Shown in pieces: positions 26,031-36,057 of a stretch of DNA of 64,000 nucleotides (position 1 is the stretch's first letter; the number at the start of each line of letters is the position of its first letter). Made by a program: the position numbers and the translations under genes. Source of the DNA: an uncultured Spirochaetia bacterium (GTDB lineage: Bacteria; Desulfobacterota_D; UBA1144; Nemesobacterales; UBA2774). The stretch is from the NCBI GenBank assembly GCA_964586675.1, contig CAZPHQ010000003.1, positions 66,233 through 130,232 of the forward strand. The letters are read 5' to 3'. A model generated the notes under the pieces. The model ran no database searches. It was not told the DNA's origin and saw nothing but the letters and a program-made list of their open reading frames with translations.

Positions 26031-27964
26031 GAGGGACTACCCGCCTCCCTCCAGGTGCCGGGGTTTAACTCGCCGGCTATTTGCGCGAGGAATTCGTCTA
26101 TCGTGGCGGGAGGAATGTTGGCTCCTCCGAGCTTCCGCAGGGCAACGGTTCGCGTCTCCATCTCGTTCTTACCGACCACCAGCAAATACGGAATCTTTTC
26201 TAACTGCGCCTCCCTTACCTTCAATCCCAGTTTTTCATTCCTTATATCTTTTTCTACTCTGATACCCTTCTCCTTTAATATCTGATAAAGCTCTTCGGCG
26301 TACCCGGCCTGCTCGTCCGCTATGGTCGCTATCCTGACCTGAACCGGGCTGAGCCAGAGCGGGAATGCGCCGCCGTAATGCTCTATCAGCACTCCGAAAA
26401 AACGCTCCATGGAGCCGAATATGGCCCTGTGGATCATAATCGGCCTGTGCCGGGCGTTATCCTCCCCGACATAGGTCATACCGAACCTTTCGGGAAGGTT
26501 AAAATCTACCTGAACTGTTGAGCACTGCCAAGCTCTGCCCAAAACATCTTTAATTTTAAGGTCAATCTTCGGTCCGTAAAAGGCCCCGCCCCCCTCGTCG
26601 ACTTCATGGGGAAGCCCCCTGGCTTCGAGCGCGTCGCGGAGGGCCTCGGTAGCCTTGTCCCACCCGTCCACTTCCCCTACGAACTTTTCGGGCCTAGTCG
26701 AAAGGTATATCTCGTAATCGTCGAAGCCGAACGTTTTAAGGAACAGCATCGTGAGGTCGAGAACCCCTATGACCTCGCTCTCCATCTGGTCGGGCCGGCA
26801 GAATATATGGGCGTCGTCCTGAGAGAAGCCCCTGACACGGAGAAGGCCGTGCAGCACGCCGGAGCGCTCATAGCGGTAAACGGTGCCGATTTCGGCCCAT
26901 CTGAGGGGCAGATCCCTGTAGCTCCTGACGCCGGTTTTATAGATCATTATATGGAAAGGGCAGTTCATCGGCTTTAACTGATATTCCGTGTTCTCCATTT
27001 CCATGCGGGGGTACATGTTCTCCCTGTAGAAGTCCACGTGGCCGCTCGTTTTCCAGAGGTCAATTTTCGCTATGTGAGGTGTATACAAGAGATCGTATCC
27101 GGCGCGCTCGTGCTCCTTTCTCCAGAAGTCTTCGATGACGCGCCTGACCCTGGACCCTTTCGGATGCCAGAGAACGAGCCCCGCGCCCGTTTCGTCCTGT
27201 ATGGAGAAAAGGTCGAGCTCCTTTCCGAGCTTTCTGTGGTCGCGCTTTTTCGCCTCTTCGAGCTTGTCGAGGTAGGCCTTAAGCTCTTTTCTGTCCCAGA
27301 ACGCGGTGCCGTATATGCGCTGGAGCATCGGGTTCTTTTCGTTTCCCCTCCAGTAGGCCCCGGCGGCAGTCAAAAGCTTGAACGCCTTCACGTCGCCTGT
27401 AGAAGGAGCATGAGGGCCCCGGCAGAGGTCGTGCCAGGTTTCCTGGTCGTATATGGTTATCTGGTCCGCTTCGGGAAGGTCGTTTATTATTTCGACTTTA
27501 TAATTTTCGCCCTCGTCCGTAAATATTCTTATCGCCTCTTCCCTCGAAACCTTTTTTCTGACGAGTGGCTTCTTACGACCGACTATCTCCTTCATCTTCT
27601 CTTCTATGCTTTCGAGGTCCTCGGGCGTGAAGCCGCGCGGGAAGTCGAAGTCGTAGTAAAAGCCGTTCTCGATGACAGGGCCTATAGTGACCTTCGCTTC
27701 GGGGAAAAGTGACTGCACTGCTTCGGCCATGACATGGGCCGCCGTGTGCCTGATGAGAGCGAGGCCGTCCTCCGAGCCCTCTTTCACAGGCTCGAGCGCA
27801 GCGTCGGAATCGACTTCGTGCCAGAAATCTTCCAGCTTTCCGTTAACCTTCGCGCCGATGGCGGCTTTCGCTATGCCGGTTGAGTTTATTATCTCTCCTA
27901 CGGTAGTGCCCTTTGGAAAGGCCTTTTCCGACCCGTCGGGGAGGGTTATTCGAACTTCTTCCAT
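26027..27964 (-). CDS. thrS: Threonyl-tRNA synthetase.
   Basis: 645 aa with TGS domain, class-II aaRS motifs and a C-terminal anticodon-binding domain. The order thrS-infC-rpmI-rplT is conserved. Confidence 0.95.
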   Translation of the reverse strand: MEEVRITLPDGSEKAFPKGTTVGEIINSTGIAKAAIGAKVNGKLEDFWHEVDSDAALEPVKEGSEDGLALIRHTAAHVMAEAVQSLFPEAKVTIGPVIENGFYYDFDFPRGFTPEDLESIEEKMKEIVGRKKPLVRKKVSREEAIRIFTDEGENYKVEIINDLPEADQITIYDQETWHDLCRGPHAPSTGDVKAFKLLTAAGAYWRGNEKNPMLQRIYGTAFWDRKELKAYLDKLEEAKKRDHRKLGKELDLFSIQDETGAGLVLWHPKGSRVRRVIEDFWRKEHERAGYDLLYTPHIAKIDLWKTSGHVDFYRENMYPRMEMENTEYQLKPMNCPFHIMIYKTGVRSYRDLPLRWAEIGTVYRYERSGVLHGLLRVRGFSQDDAHIFCRPDQMESEVIGVLDLTMLFLKTFGFDDYEIYLSTRPEKFVGEVDGWDKATEALRDALEARGLPHEVDEGGGAFYGPKIDLKIKDVLGRAWQCSTVQVDFNLPERFGMTYVGEDNARHRPIMIHRAIFGSMERFFGVLIEHYGGAFPLWLSPVQVRIATIADEQAGYAEELYQILKEKGIRVEKDIRNEKLGLKVREAQLEKIPYLLVVGKNEMETRTVALRKLGGANIPPATIDEFLAQIAGELNPGTWREAGSPS

Positions 27965-27980
27965 AATCTCCAGTAGTGCG

Positions 27981-28055
27981 TGGTGAGCACGGCAGGATTT
28001 GAACCTGCGACCTCTTGCGTGTCAAGCAAGCGCTCTCCCCCTGAGCTACGCGCTC
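27981..28055 (-). tRNA. tRNA-Val (anticodon GAC).
   Basis: The reverse complement folds as a cloverleaf: acceptor GAGCGCG/CGTGCTC (one G-U pair), D arm GCTC/GAGC, anticodon loop TTGACAC, T loop TTCAAAT. CCA is encoded. One extra G lies 5' of position 1. Confidence 0.85.
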
Positions 28056-28168
28056 CAAATTCAAAGAAGAGTGATATTTTCTTATATAATACCACGCCTG
28101 TCAAGCTGCGCCGAGCCGCGAATTTTTGCCACGGCACCCAAATTTTGGTAACCTTAGGCCCTATGCGT

Positions 28169-28243
28169 TGGGGCGTCGTCTAATTGGCAGGACTCAGGCC
28201 TTTGGAGCCTGCTGTGGTGGTTCGAGTCCACCCGCCCCAGCCA
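28169..28243 (+). tRNA. tRNA-Gln (anticodon TTG).
   Basis: Starts with the U1:A72 pair (TGGGGCG...CGCCCCA) typical of bacterial tRNA-Gln. Anticodon loop CTTTGGA, T loop TTCGAGT, discriminator G, and CCA encoded. Confidence 0.85.
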
Positions 28244-28289
28244 TATAAATCGAAGGTTTTCTCACCCTCGCCACATTTTCTGAGCACAC

Positions 28290-30488
28290 ATGACGACTGT
28301 AAAAAAAGATACGCTTAATCCGTCCCAGCACGCCGCGGTGACGCATCCGGGCGGGCCGCTGTTGGTCCTTGCTGGCGCGGGCTCGGGCAAGACGAAGATA
28401 ATAACGGAACGAATCTGCCACCTCGTTACGAAAGAGGGCGTGAGCCCTCATCAAATATTGGCCGTAACGTTCACGAACAAGGCCGCGAACGAGATGAGGG
28501 AGCGCGTTTCTCATCTGATACCCGACCGCGCCAGGAGCCTCTGGATAGGAACGTTTCACTCCACTGCGCTCAGGATACTGAAGCGCGACATCGACAAGCT
28601 CCCTGGCTTCGACAGGAACTTCGCCATATACGACGACGCGGACCAGATAAGGCTCATCAAGGAATGCATGGCGCGGCTCAACATCGGCGAGCGGGGGGGT
28701 GAGGGCAAGCGTGGAATCGAGCCCAGGTTCGTGAGGACACGCATAGACCGCGCGAAGAACAAGGGCGGAAAGCCGGGCGATACGGGCAACGACGAGCTCG
28801 ACGAGAACATTTCGAACATATACGAGCTTTACGAGAAAGAGATGCGGAAGCTGAACGCGCTCGATTTCGGCGACCTTCTCCATGTTACGGCCAGGCTTTT
28901 CGAAGAAAGGCCGGAGGTGCTGCAGGCTTACCAGGAGCAGTTCCGCCACATACTGGTCGACGAGTACCAGGATACGAACAACGTCCAGTACAGGATAGTC
29001 GAGATGCTGTCCCGAAAACACAAAAACATCTTCGTGGTAGGTGACGACAACCAGTCGATCTACGGCTGGCGAGGGGCCGACATCTCGAACATACTCAACT
29101 TCGAGAAGGATTTTCCGAGTGCTAGCGTGATCAAGCTCGAAAAGAACTACAGGTCTACAAAAAATATCCTTAACGCAGCGAACGGGCTCATCACGAAAAA
29201 CAGGAACAGGCACGAAAAAAAGCTCTGGACGGAAAACCCCGAGGGCGAGAAGCTCTCGTATTTCGAGGCCGGAGACGAGAGGGAAGAGGCCAGGTATGTC
29301 GTCTCCGGGATAGAGTCCGAAGTTTCACGCGGCGGGAGGTCCTACAGAAACATCGCGGTCTTCTACAGGACCAACAACCAGTCGAGGGTAATAGAAGAAG
29401 AGCTTCTTCGTAAGGATGTACCTTACACGATAGTCGGGGCGACCGGGTTTTACCAGAGGGCCGAGATAAAGGACCTCACTGCATTCCTTCGCGTGATAGC
29501 GAATCCGAGCGACGACCTCAGCCTGAGGAGGATTATCAACGTTCCGCCGCGTGGCATCGGAAAGGGCACGATAGACGAGCTCACCCGCCTCGCCGCCAAA
29601 GAAGAGATTCCTTTCATCGAAGCTATAAGGAAATCGATCGCGGAGAATTTATTCCCGCAGAGAACGGCGCTCTCTCTTAAAAAATTCCTCTCGATAATGG
29701 ATGGTCTCATCGAATTCGAGAAAGACCACGGCATCGGAGAGACAATAGACAGGGTCCTCGAAAAAACAGGCTACCTGGAGCTTCTCGAAAAAGAACCGGA
29801 AAGACGCGAAAACGTCGGAGAAATTTTCAACATCGCAGCCGAGTTCGAAAGGGAAGAGGAAGGGGCGGGTGTGAGGGAATTTCTCGACAGGATAACGCTA
29901 TCCAGCGACATCGACAGCTACAGCGAAAAAGAAGAGCGCGTCGCGCTTATGACGCTCCACAGCGCGAAGGGGTTGGAGTTCCCCGTCGTTTTCATAATAG
30001 GCATGGAAGAAAAGCTCATACCGCATTTTAACTCCATCAAGGACGACGGAGACGTCGAGGAAGAGAGGAGGCTCTTTTACGTCGGCATCACGCGCGCGAG
30101 GGAAAAGCTCTATCTCACCGGCGCAAAAAGCAGGAGATTTTTCGGCAAGGAAGAACGGCCGACGCCTTCGAGATTCGTATCGGAGCTCCCGGAGGAGCTG
30201 GTGGAAGTGAAGAATTATTACGGCGGGCTTTTGAGGGAAAGCACCCGCAGCTTCGTCCCGAGAGGCAAAGTCATGGAAAGGCCCAGGGCTGCAGTTTCGA
30301 GAGCCGCGCCGGCAGCGCCGGAGCCGGAAAACTCACACTACAAACCGGGGCAGAAGATACATCACCCTTCCTTCGGGCCGGGGACTATTACGAAGGTCGA
30401 GGGCGAAGGCGACACCGCGAAGGTAACAGTTTCGTTCCTCGGTCACGGTGTAAAGAAGATCATCGCCGCCTACCTCGAAGGGAAATAG
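28290..30488 (+). CDS. pcrA: ATP-dependent DNA helicase PcrA/UvrD.
   Basis: LNPSQHAAV...LVLAGAGSGKTKIIT (Walker A), DEYQDTN, motif VI VGITRAR. 732 aa. Confidence 0.9.
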   Translation: MTTVKKDTLNPSQHAAVTHPGGPLLVLAGAGSGKTKIITERICHLVTKEGVSPHQILAVTFTNKAANEMRERVSHLIPDRARSLWIGTFHSTALRILKRDIDKLPGFDRNFAIYDDADQIRLIKECMARLNIGERGGEGKRGIEPRFVRTRIDRAKNKGGKPGDTGNDELDENISNIYELYEKEMRKLNALDFGDLLHVTARLFEERPEVLQAYQEQFRHILVDEYQDTNNVQYRIVEMLSRKHKNIFVVGDDNQSIYGWRGADISNILNFEKDFPSASVIKLEKNYRSTKNILNAANGLITKNRNRHEKKLWTENPEGEKLSYFEAGDEREEARYVVSGIESEVSRGGRSYRNIAVFYRTNNQSRVIEEELLRKDVPYTIVGATGFYQRAEIKDLTAFLRVIANPSDDLSLRRIINVPPRGIGKGTIDELTRLAAKEEIPFIEAIRKSIAENLFPQRTALSLKKFLSIMDGLIEFEKDHGIGETIDRVLEKTGYLELLEKEPERRENVGEIFNIAAEFEREEEGAGVREFLDRITLSSDIDSYSEKEERVALMTLHSAKGLEFPVVFIIGMEEKLIPHFNSIKDDGDVEEERRLFYVGITRAREKLYLTGAKSRRFFGKEERPTPSRFVSELPEELVEVKNYYGGLLRESTRSFVPRGKVMERPRAAVSRAAPAAPEPENSHYKPGQKIHHPSFGPGTITKVEGEGDTAKVTVSFLGHGVKKIIAAYLEGK

Positions 30489-30523
30489 AAAGTTCTGTCC
30501 ACAGTACCGGGGGACGCTACACT

Positions 30524-31984
30524 TCACGACGAGCAGCTTATGACGAGCCCGCGCTCGGAAGGCGGGGCCGGCTTGGAATACTCATCGAAGTCGTGCTGCT
30601 CGGAAAAGGGATTTTTCAGAAGGACCCTGAGCCTTTCTATCTCCGAATAATCTCTTTCATCTTCCGCCTTTCTTATCACCCTTTCGGCGAGATAATTCCT
30701 GAGAATATATTTCGGGTTAACGGAGCTCATCGTTTCTTTGCGCTCCGCATCGACGCTCCCTTCGGACACGAGCCTTCTTTTGTACGCGGCGGCCCATTCT
30801 TTGAACGCCGGGTACTCTTCGATTGCATGTACGTTTTCACTCTTTGACTCAGCCGGGAAATCACCGAGCCCCCTCATGAAATTTGTGTAGTCAGTCTTAG
30901 TTTCCTCCAGAGTGGCAAGGAGACCTTTTATTAACGCCGGATCGCCGTCGTCCTCTTTTAAAAGCCCAAGCTTCTGTCTCATAATCCCGAGATAATATTT
31001 TCCGTAGAGCACCCGGAACCCGAAGACTATATCCTGCGAACGCTCCCGGGGAACGAGGCTCCCGAGCGCTGTCGCCAGCATCTGGAGATTCCAGAATGCG
31101 ACCCCAGGCTGGTTGCCGAAGGAATACCTGCCGAAGTGGTCCGAGTGGTTGGGTATGTATTCGGGGCTGTACTCTTCGAGGAATCCGAAGGGGCCATAAT
31201 CCAAAGTGAGACCTGTGATGGACATGTTGTCCGTATTCATGACCCCATGCGCGAACCCGTACGCCTGCCAGAGCGCGAGCAGTTTTGCAGTCCTGTCCAC
31301 AACCTCGGATAAAAGCGAGGCGTACTTATCGTTACCGTCTTTGAGATGTGAAAAGTTGTTTTCTATTACGTAATCGGCGAGAAGCTTCACGCTCTCTCCC
31401 CGGCCCGTGTAGTGAAACCCCTCGAATGAGCCGAAGCGGACGTGCGTCTCCGCCATACGGAGAAGCATCGCGCCCCTCTCCGTCGTCTCGCGCTCGACCT
31501 TCTCGTCGCTCCCGACTATGGAGAGCGCCCGCGTCGTCGGTATGCCGAGGCCGTGCATCGCCTCACCGCAAAGATATTCCCGTATGACCGACCTGAGAAC
31601 GGCCCTTCCGTCGAACACGCGCGCGTACTTCGTTCTACCCGCCCCCTTCAAATGAAGGTCCCACTTTCCGCCGCGCGCGTTTCTTACCTCGCCCAGAAGT
31701 ATCGCCCTCCCGTCACCAATGTCTGGATTGTAGACGCCGAACTGGTGCCCGGTGTAATACATGGCGAGAGGATACGAGCCGGGTATCGCTTTCCCGCCGG
31801 AGAGATAGAGCGCGAGCTCAGGATTATTTACCTCCTCCGGGTCGAGGTCTATAAGCACGGCCGCATCGGGATTAAAGCAGACGAGCCGCGGATTCTCGAA
31901 CGGTGTCGGGCGGACGGCGTCGTAGAAATCCACGGGAAGCCTGCTATAAGTGTTGTCGAAATCGAGCTCCGTTATCCTTTTCAT
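30524..31984 (-). CDS. selO: Protein adenylyltransferase SelO (YdiU/UPF0061 family).
   Basis: The N-terminal segment YYTGHQFGVYNPDIGDGRAILLGEV...LKGAGRT is characteristic of SelO. 486 aa. Confidence 0.85.
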   Translation of the reverse strand: MKRITELDFDNTYSRLPVDFYDAVRPTPFENPRLVCFNPDAAVLIDLDPEEVNNPELALYLSGGKAIPGSYPLAMYYTGHQFGVYNPDIGDGRAILLGEVRNARGGKWDLHLKGAGRTKYARVFDGRAVLRSVIREYLCGEAMHGLGIPTTRALSIVGSDEKVERETTERGAMLLRMAETHVRFGSFEGFHYTGRGESVKLLADYVIENNFSHLKDGNDKYASLLSEVVDRTAKLLALWQAYGFAHGVMNTDNMSITGLTLDYGPFGFLEEYSPEYIPNHSDHFGRYSFGNQPGVAFWNLQMLATALGSLVPRERSQDIVFGFRVLYGKYYLGIMRQKLGLLKEDDGDPALIKGLLATLEETKTDYTNFMRGLGDFPAESKSENVHAIEEYPAFKEWAAAYKRRLVSEGSVDAERKETMSSVNPKYILRNYLAERVIRKAEDERDYSEIERLRVLLKNPFSEQHDFDEYSKPAPPSERGLVISCSS

Positions 31985-32063
31985 AAGAGACGTCCTGCTA
32001 CCGTTGGGAAAGCGCCTAATGTCATTGTATATTTAACCTCAACTTCACATTCGCTCAAGGCCG

Positions 32064-32354
32064 ATGAAGCACAGGAAAAACAAGATCAAGCGTCAGCACA
32101 GCATAATCAAGGGCCTGAGAAGCTTTCTCGAAGACAGGCTTTCGCCGCTCGATTTTATCGAATCGATAATCCCCGGGGAGATTAAAGTAGGCAAGAAAAC
32201 CGGTGAGAATCTCGAAGTCAGGTACAGGTACAGCACTGTGAGCGGCGCGAAGCTTATTGCCAGGAGCGGCACATCGGTACAGGAGGTTTTCGTCGTGACG
32301 AGCGATCCGGATAAGCTGAAAGAAATTATAGATTCCACGCGCGAGAAAAATTAG
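32064..32354 (+). CDS. Hypothetical small basic protein of 96 aa.
   Basis: An ORF with coding-like codon usage lies between divergent selO and convergent dnaE. Its last 4 nt overlap the dnaE stop. I recognise no known domain. Confidence 0.35.
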   Translation: MKHRKNKIKRQHSIIKGLRSFLEDRLSPLDFIESIIPGEIKVGKKTGENLEVRYRYSTVSGAKLIARSGTSVQEVFVVTSDPDKLKEIIDSTREKN

Positions 32355-35300
32355 GAGAGCCTGAGGCAGTTCTTACCGAGAAGCGACTCTACTTCGTATA
32401 TAAAATTATCCTCGATATCGACCCTGTTATCCTCGACCTCTATGACAGCCTCCCCGTGATCAGTTTCGAGGTGAACGTGCACGACCGCCTGCCCCGGATA
32501 AGAATTGAATATCTCCTTCAGGCGGACGAAGTTTTCCTTCCGGAGCGAGCCGTTCCCGAGGCTTATGTGAACCGTCGAGCCGTTCCGCATTCCCTTTATC
32601 GGCATGATCTCGACCGCCCTGATTTTCACCCTGTCTTCGCCCGGCTCGAGCACGCCCTTTATGATCACGGGCTCTATCTTGTCTTCGAGGAGGTCGAGTG
32701 ACTTTCGGAGAAGGTCGTTGAATATGAAAACCTCGACGGAGCCATTGAGGTCCTCTATGATGAGATTTCCGAATATTCCGGAGCCGCTTTTCGTGTGCTT
32801 AACGGTAAGCGTACGCACGACCCCGGCGACCGTGACTTCCTGCTTCTCTTTTATTTCGAGGAGCGACTCGGTATCCGTGATCGCCGTCCTTCCCAGCTCG
32901 GAGAGGTATTTCGTCAGCGGATGGCTTGTGACGTAAAACCCCAGCATGTCCATCTCGTTCTTCAAAAGCTCCTTCTCAGCCCATTCCTCTAGCTCGGCAA
33001 GCTTCGGGAGCGAAATCGCGTCGTTGAGCGCGAAGAGGCTGTGCTGCCCATCGACAGAGCTCTTCTGTCTGATGGACGTGTAGCTTATCAGCATGTCGAG
33101 AGACTCTATGAGGCTCGCCCTGTTTATGCCGAGCGAGTCGAACGCTCCGCTCTTTATGAGGCTCTCGAAGGTTCTGCGATTCAGCCTCCGCGCCTCGACG
33201 TGCTCGCAGAACTCGAATATGGTCGAGAACCTCCCCTTATCGCGCCGCGCGCTGATTATAGATTCCACCGTCCCTTCGCCGACATTCTTTATAGCGGCGA
33301 GCCCGAAGCGTATGCTGCCGTTCGACGCCGTGAAACCGTCGAGGCTGACATTCACGTCCGGCGCGAGGACGGGGATACCCATCTGCTTGCATTCAGTGAT
33401 GCTGGATATGACCTTATCCGTGTTCCCCGATTCGACGGACATCAGCGCCGCCATGAACTCGGCCGGGTAGTGCGTCTTGAGATACGCCGTCTGGTAGGTG
33501 ATTAGCGCGTAGGCCGTGCTGTGGCTCTTGTTGAAGGAGTATTCGGCGAATTTCTCCATCGCGTCGAATATCTCCTCGGCCTTCTTGTCCTTTATTCCCT
33601 TTTCCTTCGCGCCCTGGAGGAACCTTTCACGCTGCGCCTTCATCTCTTCGGGTTTTTTCTTACCCATCGCACGGCGGAGAAGGTCGGCTTCGCCGAGGCT
33701 GTAGCTGGCGACGACGCTCGCCGTCTTCATAATCTGCTCCTGGTAAACGAAGAGCCCGTACGTGTCTTTGAGGACGTCCTGGAGCTCGGGGAGCGGATAC
33801 TGAACTTTTTTCCCGTGCTTCCGGCCTATGTATTCATCGACCATGCCGCTGTCGAGAGGGCCCGGCCTGTACAGCGCGAGGACAGCAATGATGTCCTCGA
33901 AGTCCGTCGGCTGGAGCTTAGTCAGAAGCTCTTTCATCCCTGAGGATTCAATCTGGAATATTCCGCGCGTCTTGCCGCTCGAGAGGAGGCTGTAAACGGC
34001 CTGGTCGTCGAGCGGGATTTTCTTGATGTCGAAGTTGCCGCGGTCGCCGTAATTTTCTCTTATGAGCTTGAGTGCCTTGTCTATAACGGTGAGAGTCTTG
34101 AGTCCGAGAAAATCGAACTTCACGAAGCCGAGCTCTTCGACTGTGTTCATGTCGAACTGTGTCACGATTTCATCGTTGGAGCCTTTGTAGAGCGGTATGT
34201 GGTCTGCGAGCGGCTCGTTCGCTATCACTATCCCGGCGGCGTGCGTCGAGGAATGCCGAACCATATTTTCGAGCGGCTTCGCGAGCTCTATAAGCTCCTG
34301 GAGGGGAGGGGAGCCCTCAATCAGCTTTCTCAACTCCGGCACGCTTTCAAGCGCCTTGTCGATGCTGAACACCTTGCCCCTGAAGCTCGGGATGAGCTTC
34401 GTCACTTTATCCACATCGGCGTAGGGAATGCCCAGCACTCTGCCGACATCCTTGACGACAGCCTTCGCGGACATTGTCCCGAACGTCCCTATCTGGGCGA
34501 CTTTGTCCTCGCCGTATTTTCGCGTGACGTATCTTATCACTTCGTCACGCCCCTCGGCGCAGAAGTCTATGTCTATATCGGGCATGCTGATGCGTTCGGG
34601 GTTCAGGAACCTCTCGAATATGAGGTTATACGGGATCGGGTCGACCTCGGTTATGCCGAGGACGTATGCGACGAGGCTCCCCGCCGCGCTTCCGCGCCCG
34701 GGGCCGACGGGGATTCCGTTCGACTTCGCGTAGTTTATAAAATCGGCGACGACGAGGAAGTATCCTGAAAATCCCATCTTCTGAATGATGTCGATCTCTG
34801 TTTCGAGCCTCTCGTTATACTCCGCAGTTCTTTCTCCCGATATGTCGCCTTCCTTTATACGCTCCGAGAGCTTTTCCCTCGCGAGCTCCGCCATGTGCTC
34901 GTCGAGCGACTTCCCCCCCTCTACCTCGAACTCCGGCAGCTTGTATCCGTCGCGCTCGAACTGAAAATCGCATCTCTTCGCGATCTCCCCGGTCATCTGT
35001 ATCGCGTCTTCGAACCCTTCGAGGTCGCGCATCATCTCGCCTTCGGATTTAAGGTAATACTGGTCGCCCTGGAATTTGAACCTGTTCTCGTCCTGGAGCG
35101 AGGAGCCTGTCTGTATGCAAAGGAGCGCATCGTGCGGGCGGGAATCGCTCTGCCTGAGGAAGTGGCAGTCGTTCGTCGCGACGACGGATATGTTCAGCTT
35201 CTCCCCTATTTCCTTTACCTTCTTGTTCACCCTCTTCTGCTCGGGGAGCCCTGTCGCCTGGACTTCGAGATAATACCTGTCGCCAAACATCTCTTTATAC

Positions 35301-35797
35301 ATGGAGGCGACGCCCAGGGCGGCGTTCATGTCCTTGCCGAAAATGGCCTTCGAAAGCTCGCTGTTGAGGCAGCCACTCAACACTATCAGCCCTTCCCTGT
35401 GCTGGTCCAGGAGCTCGTGGTCAATGCGGGGCCTTCTGTAAAATCCGTCGAAGTAGGCCTTCGTAACGAGGCGGGAAAGGTTCCTGTACCCTTCCCTGTT
35501 CATGGAGAGGACTGTAAGGTGATGGGTCTTGCCGTCGGATGGATTATCGCGGTTTAGCTTCTGCGTTATATAAAGCTCGCAGCCTATGATCGGCTTTATC
35601 CCGGCGCCTACGGCGGACTTGTAAAACTCGTACGCGCCGAAGAGGTTTCCGTGGTCCGTCAGCGCCACGGCCTCCATGCCGAATTCCTTCGCCTGGGGAA
35701 AAAGGTCCTCGAATTTTATGGCCCCGTCGAGGAGCGAGTACTGGGAATGAAGGTGCAGATGGACAAAACCGCCGGACATTCCTTCTATTATATCCAT
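32351..35797 (-). CDS. dnaE: DNA polymerase III alpha subunit.
   Basis: 1148 aa. PHP domain (HLHLHSQYSLLDG), polymerase core and a C-terminal OB fold. Confidence 0.95.
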   Translation of the reverse strand: MDIIEGMSGGFVHLHLHSQYSLLDGAIKFEDLFPQAKEFGMEAVALTDHGNLFGAYEFYKSAVGAGIKPIIGCELYITQKLNRDNPSDGKTHHLTVLSMNREGYRNLSRLVTKAYFDGFYRRPRIDHELLDQHREGLIVLSGCLNSELSKAIFGKDMNAALGVASMYKEMFGDRYYLEVQATGLPEQKRVNKKVKEIGEKLNISVVATNDCHFLRQSDSRPHDALLCIQTGSSLQDENRFKFQGDQYYLKSEGEMMRDLEGFEDAIQMTGEIAKRCDFQFERDGYKLPEFEVEGGKSLDEHMAELAREKLSERIKEGDISGERTAEYNERLETEIDIIQKMGFSGYFLVVADFINYAKSNGIPVGPGRGSAAGSLVAYVLGITEVDPIPYNLIFERFLNPERISMPDIDIDFCAEGRDEVIRYVTRKYGEDKVAQIGTFGTMSAKAVVKDVGRVLGIPYADVDKVTKLIPSFRGKVFSIDKALESVPELRKLIEGSPPLQELIELAKPLENMVRHSSTHAAGIVIANEPLADHIPLYKGSNDEIVTQFDMNTVEELGFVKFDFLGLKTLTVIDKALKLIRENYGDRGNFDIKKIPLDDQAVYSLLSSGKTRGIFQIESSGMKELLTKLQPTDFEDIIAVLALYRPGPLDSGMVDEYIGRKHGKKVQYPLPELQDVLKDTYGLFVYQEQIMKTASVVASYSLGEADLLRRAMGKKKPEEMKAQRERFLQGAKEKGIKDKKAEEIFDAMEKFAEYSFNKSHSTAYALITYQTAYLKTHYPAEFMAALMSVESGNTDKVISSITECKQMGIPVLAPDVNVSLDGFTASNGSIRFGLAAIKNVGEGTVESIISARRDKGRFSTIFEFCEHVEARRLNRRTFESLIKSGAFDSLGINRASLIESLDMLISYTSIRQKSSVDGQHSLFALNDAISLPKLAELEEWAEKELLKNEMDMLGFYVTSHPLTKYLSELGRTAITDTESLLEIKEKQEVTVAGVVRTLTVKHTKSGSGIFGNLIIEDLNGSVEVFIFNDLLRKSLDLLEDKIEPVIIKGVLEPGEDRVKIRAVEIMPIKGMRNGSTVHISLGNGSLRKENFVRLKEIFNSYPGQAVVHVHLETDHGEAVIEVEDNRVDIEDNFIYEVESLLGKNCLRLS

Positions 35798-36057
35798 GAT
35801 GGCTTTGGCTGTTCAAGTATCGAAAAAACTTCTTTACTTTCCCGAAGGTTAGGCGGTATGTATAAAGCCCGCGCAGACAATATAGCCCGGCGCAGGTACG
35901 ACGATATTGAAAACCCGCCCCTTAAAAGTATATTAACCCTCTCCGGATGACAGGCGCGGGGAGCATCCACGGCATATGTTATCCTAATGGCTCTGAGAAT
36001 ACTCGCACTTTTAACGAGCCATATTGAACGGCGGTTTTAAGGAGGCCTTATATTAAT

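Noticed and set aside
27976-27980. Extra 5' G on tRNA-Val, suggesting a tRNA-His-like G-1
   Set aside because: The anticodon is GAC (Val) and the 7-bp acceptor stem closes without it. The extra G is most simply precursor or flanking sequence.
28194-29213. 339-aa minus-strand ORF
   Set aside because: It is antisense to the well-supported pcrA/uvrD gene and overlaps tRNA-Gln. It is Arg/Pro/Val-rich, as expected for a GC-rich antisense frame.
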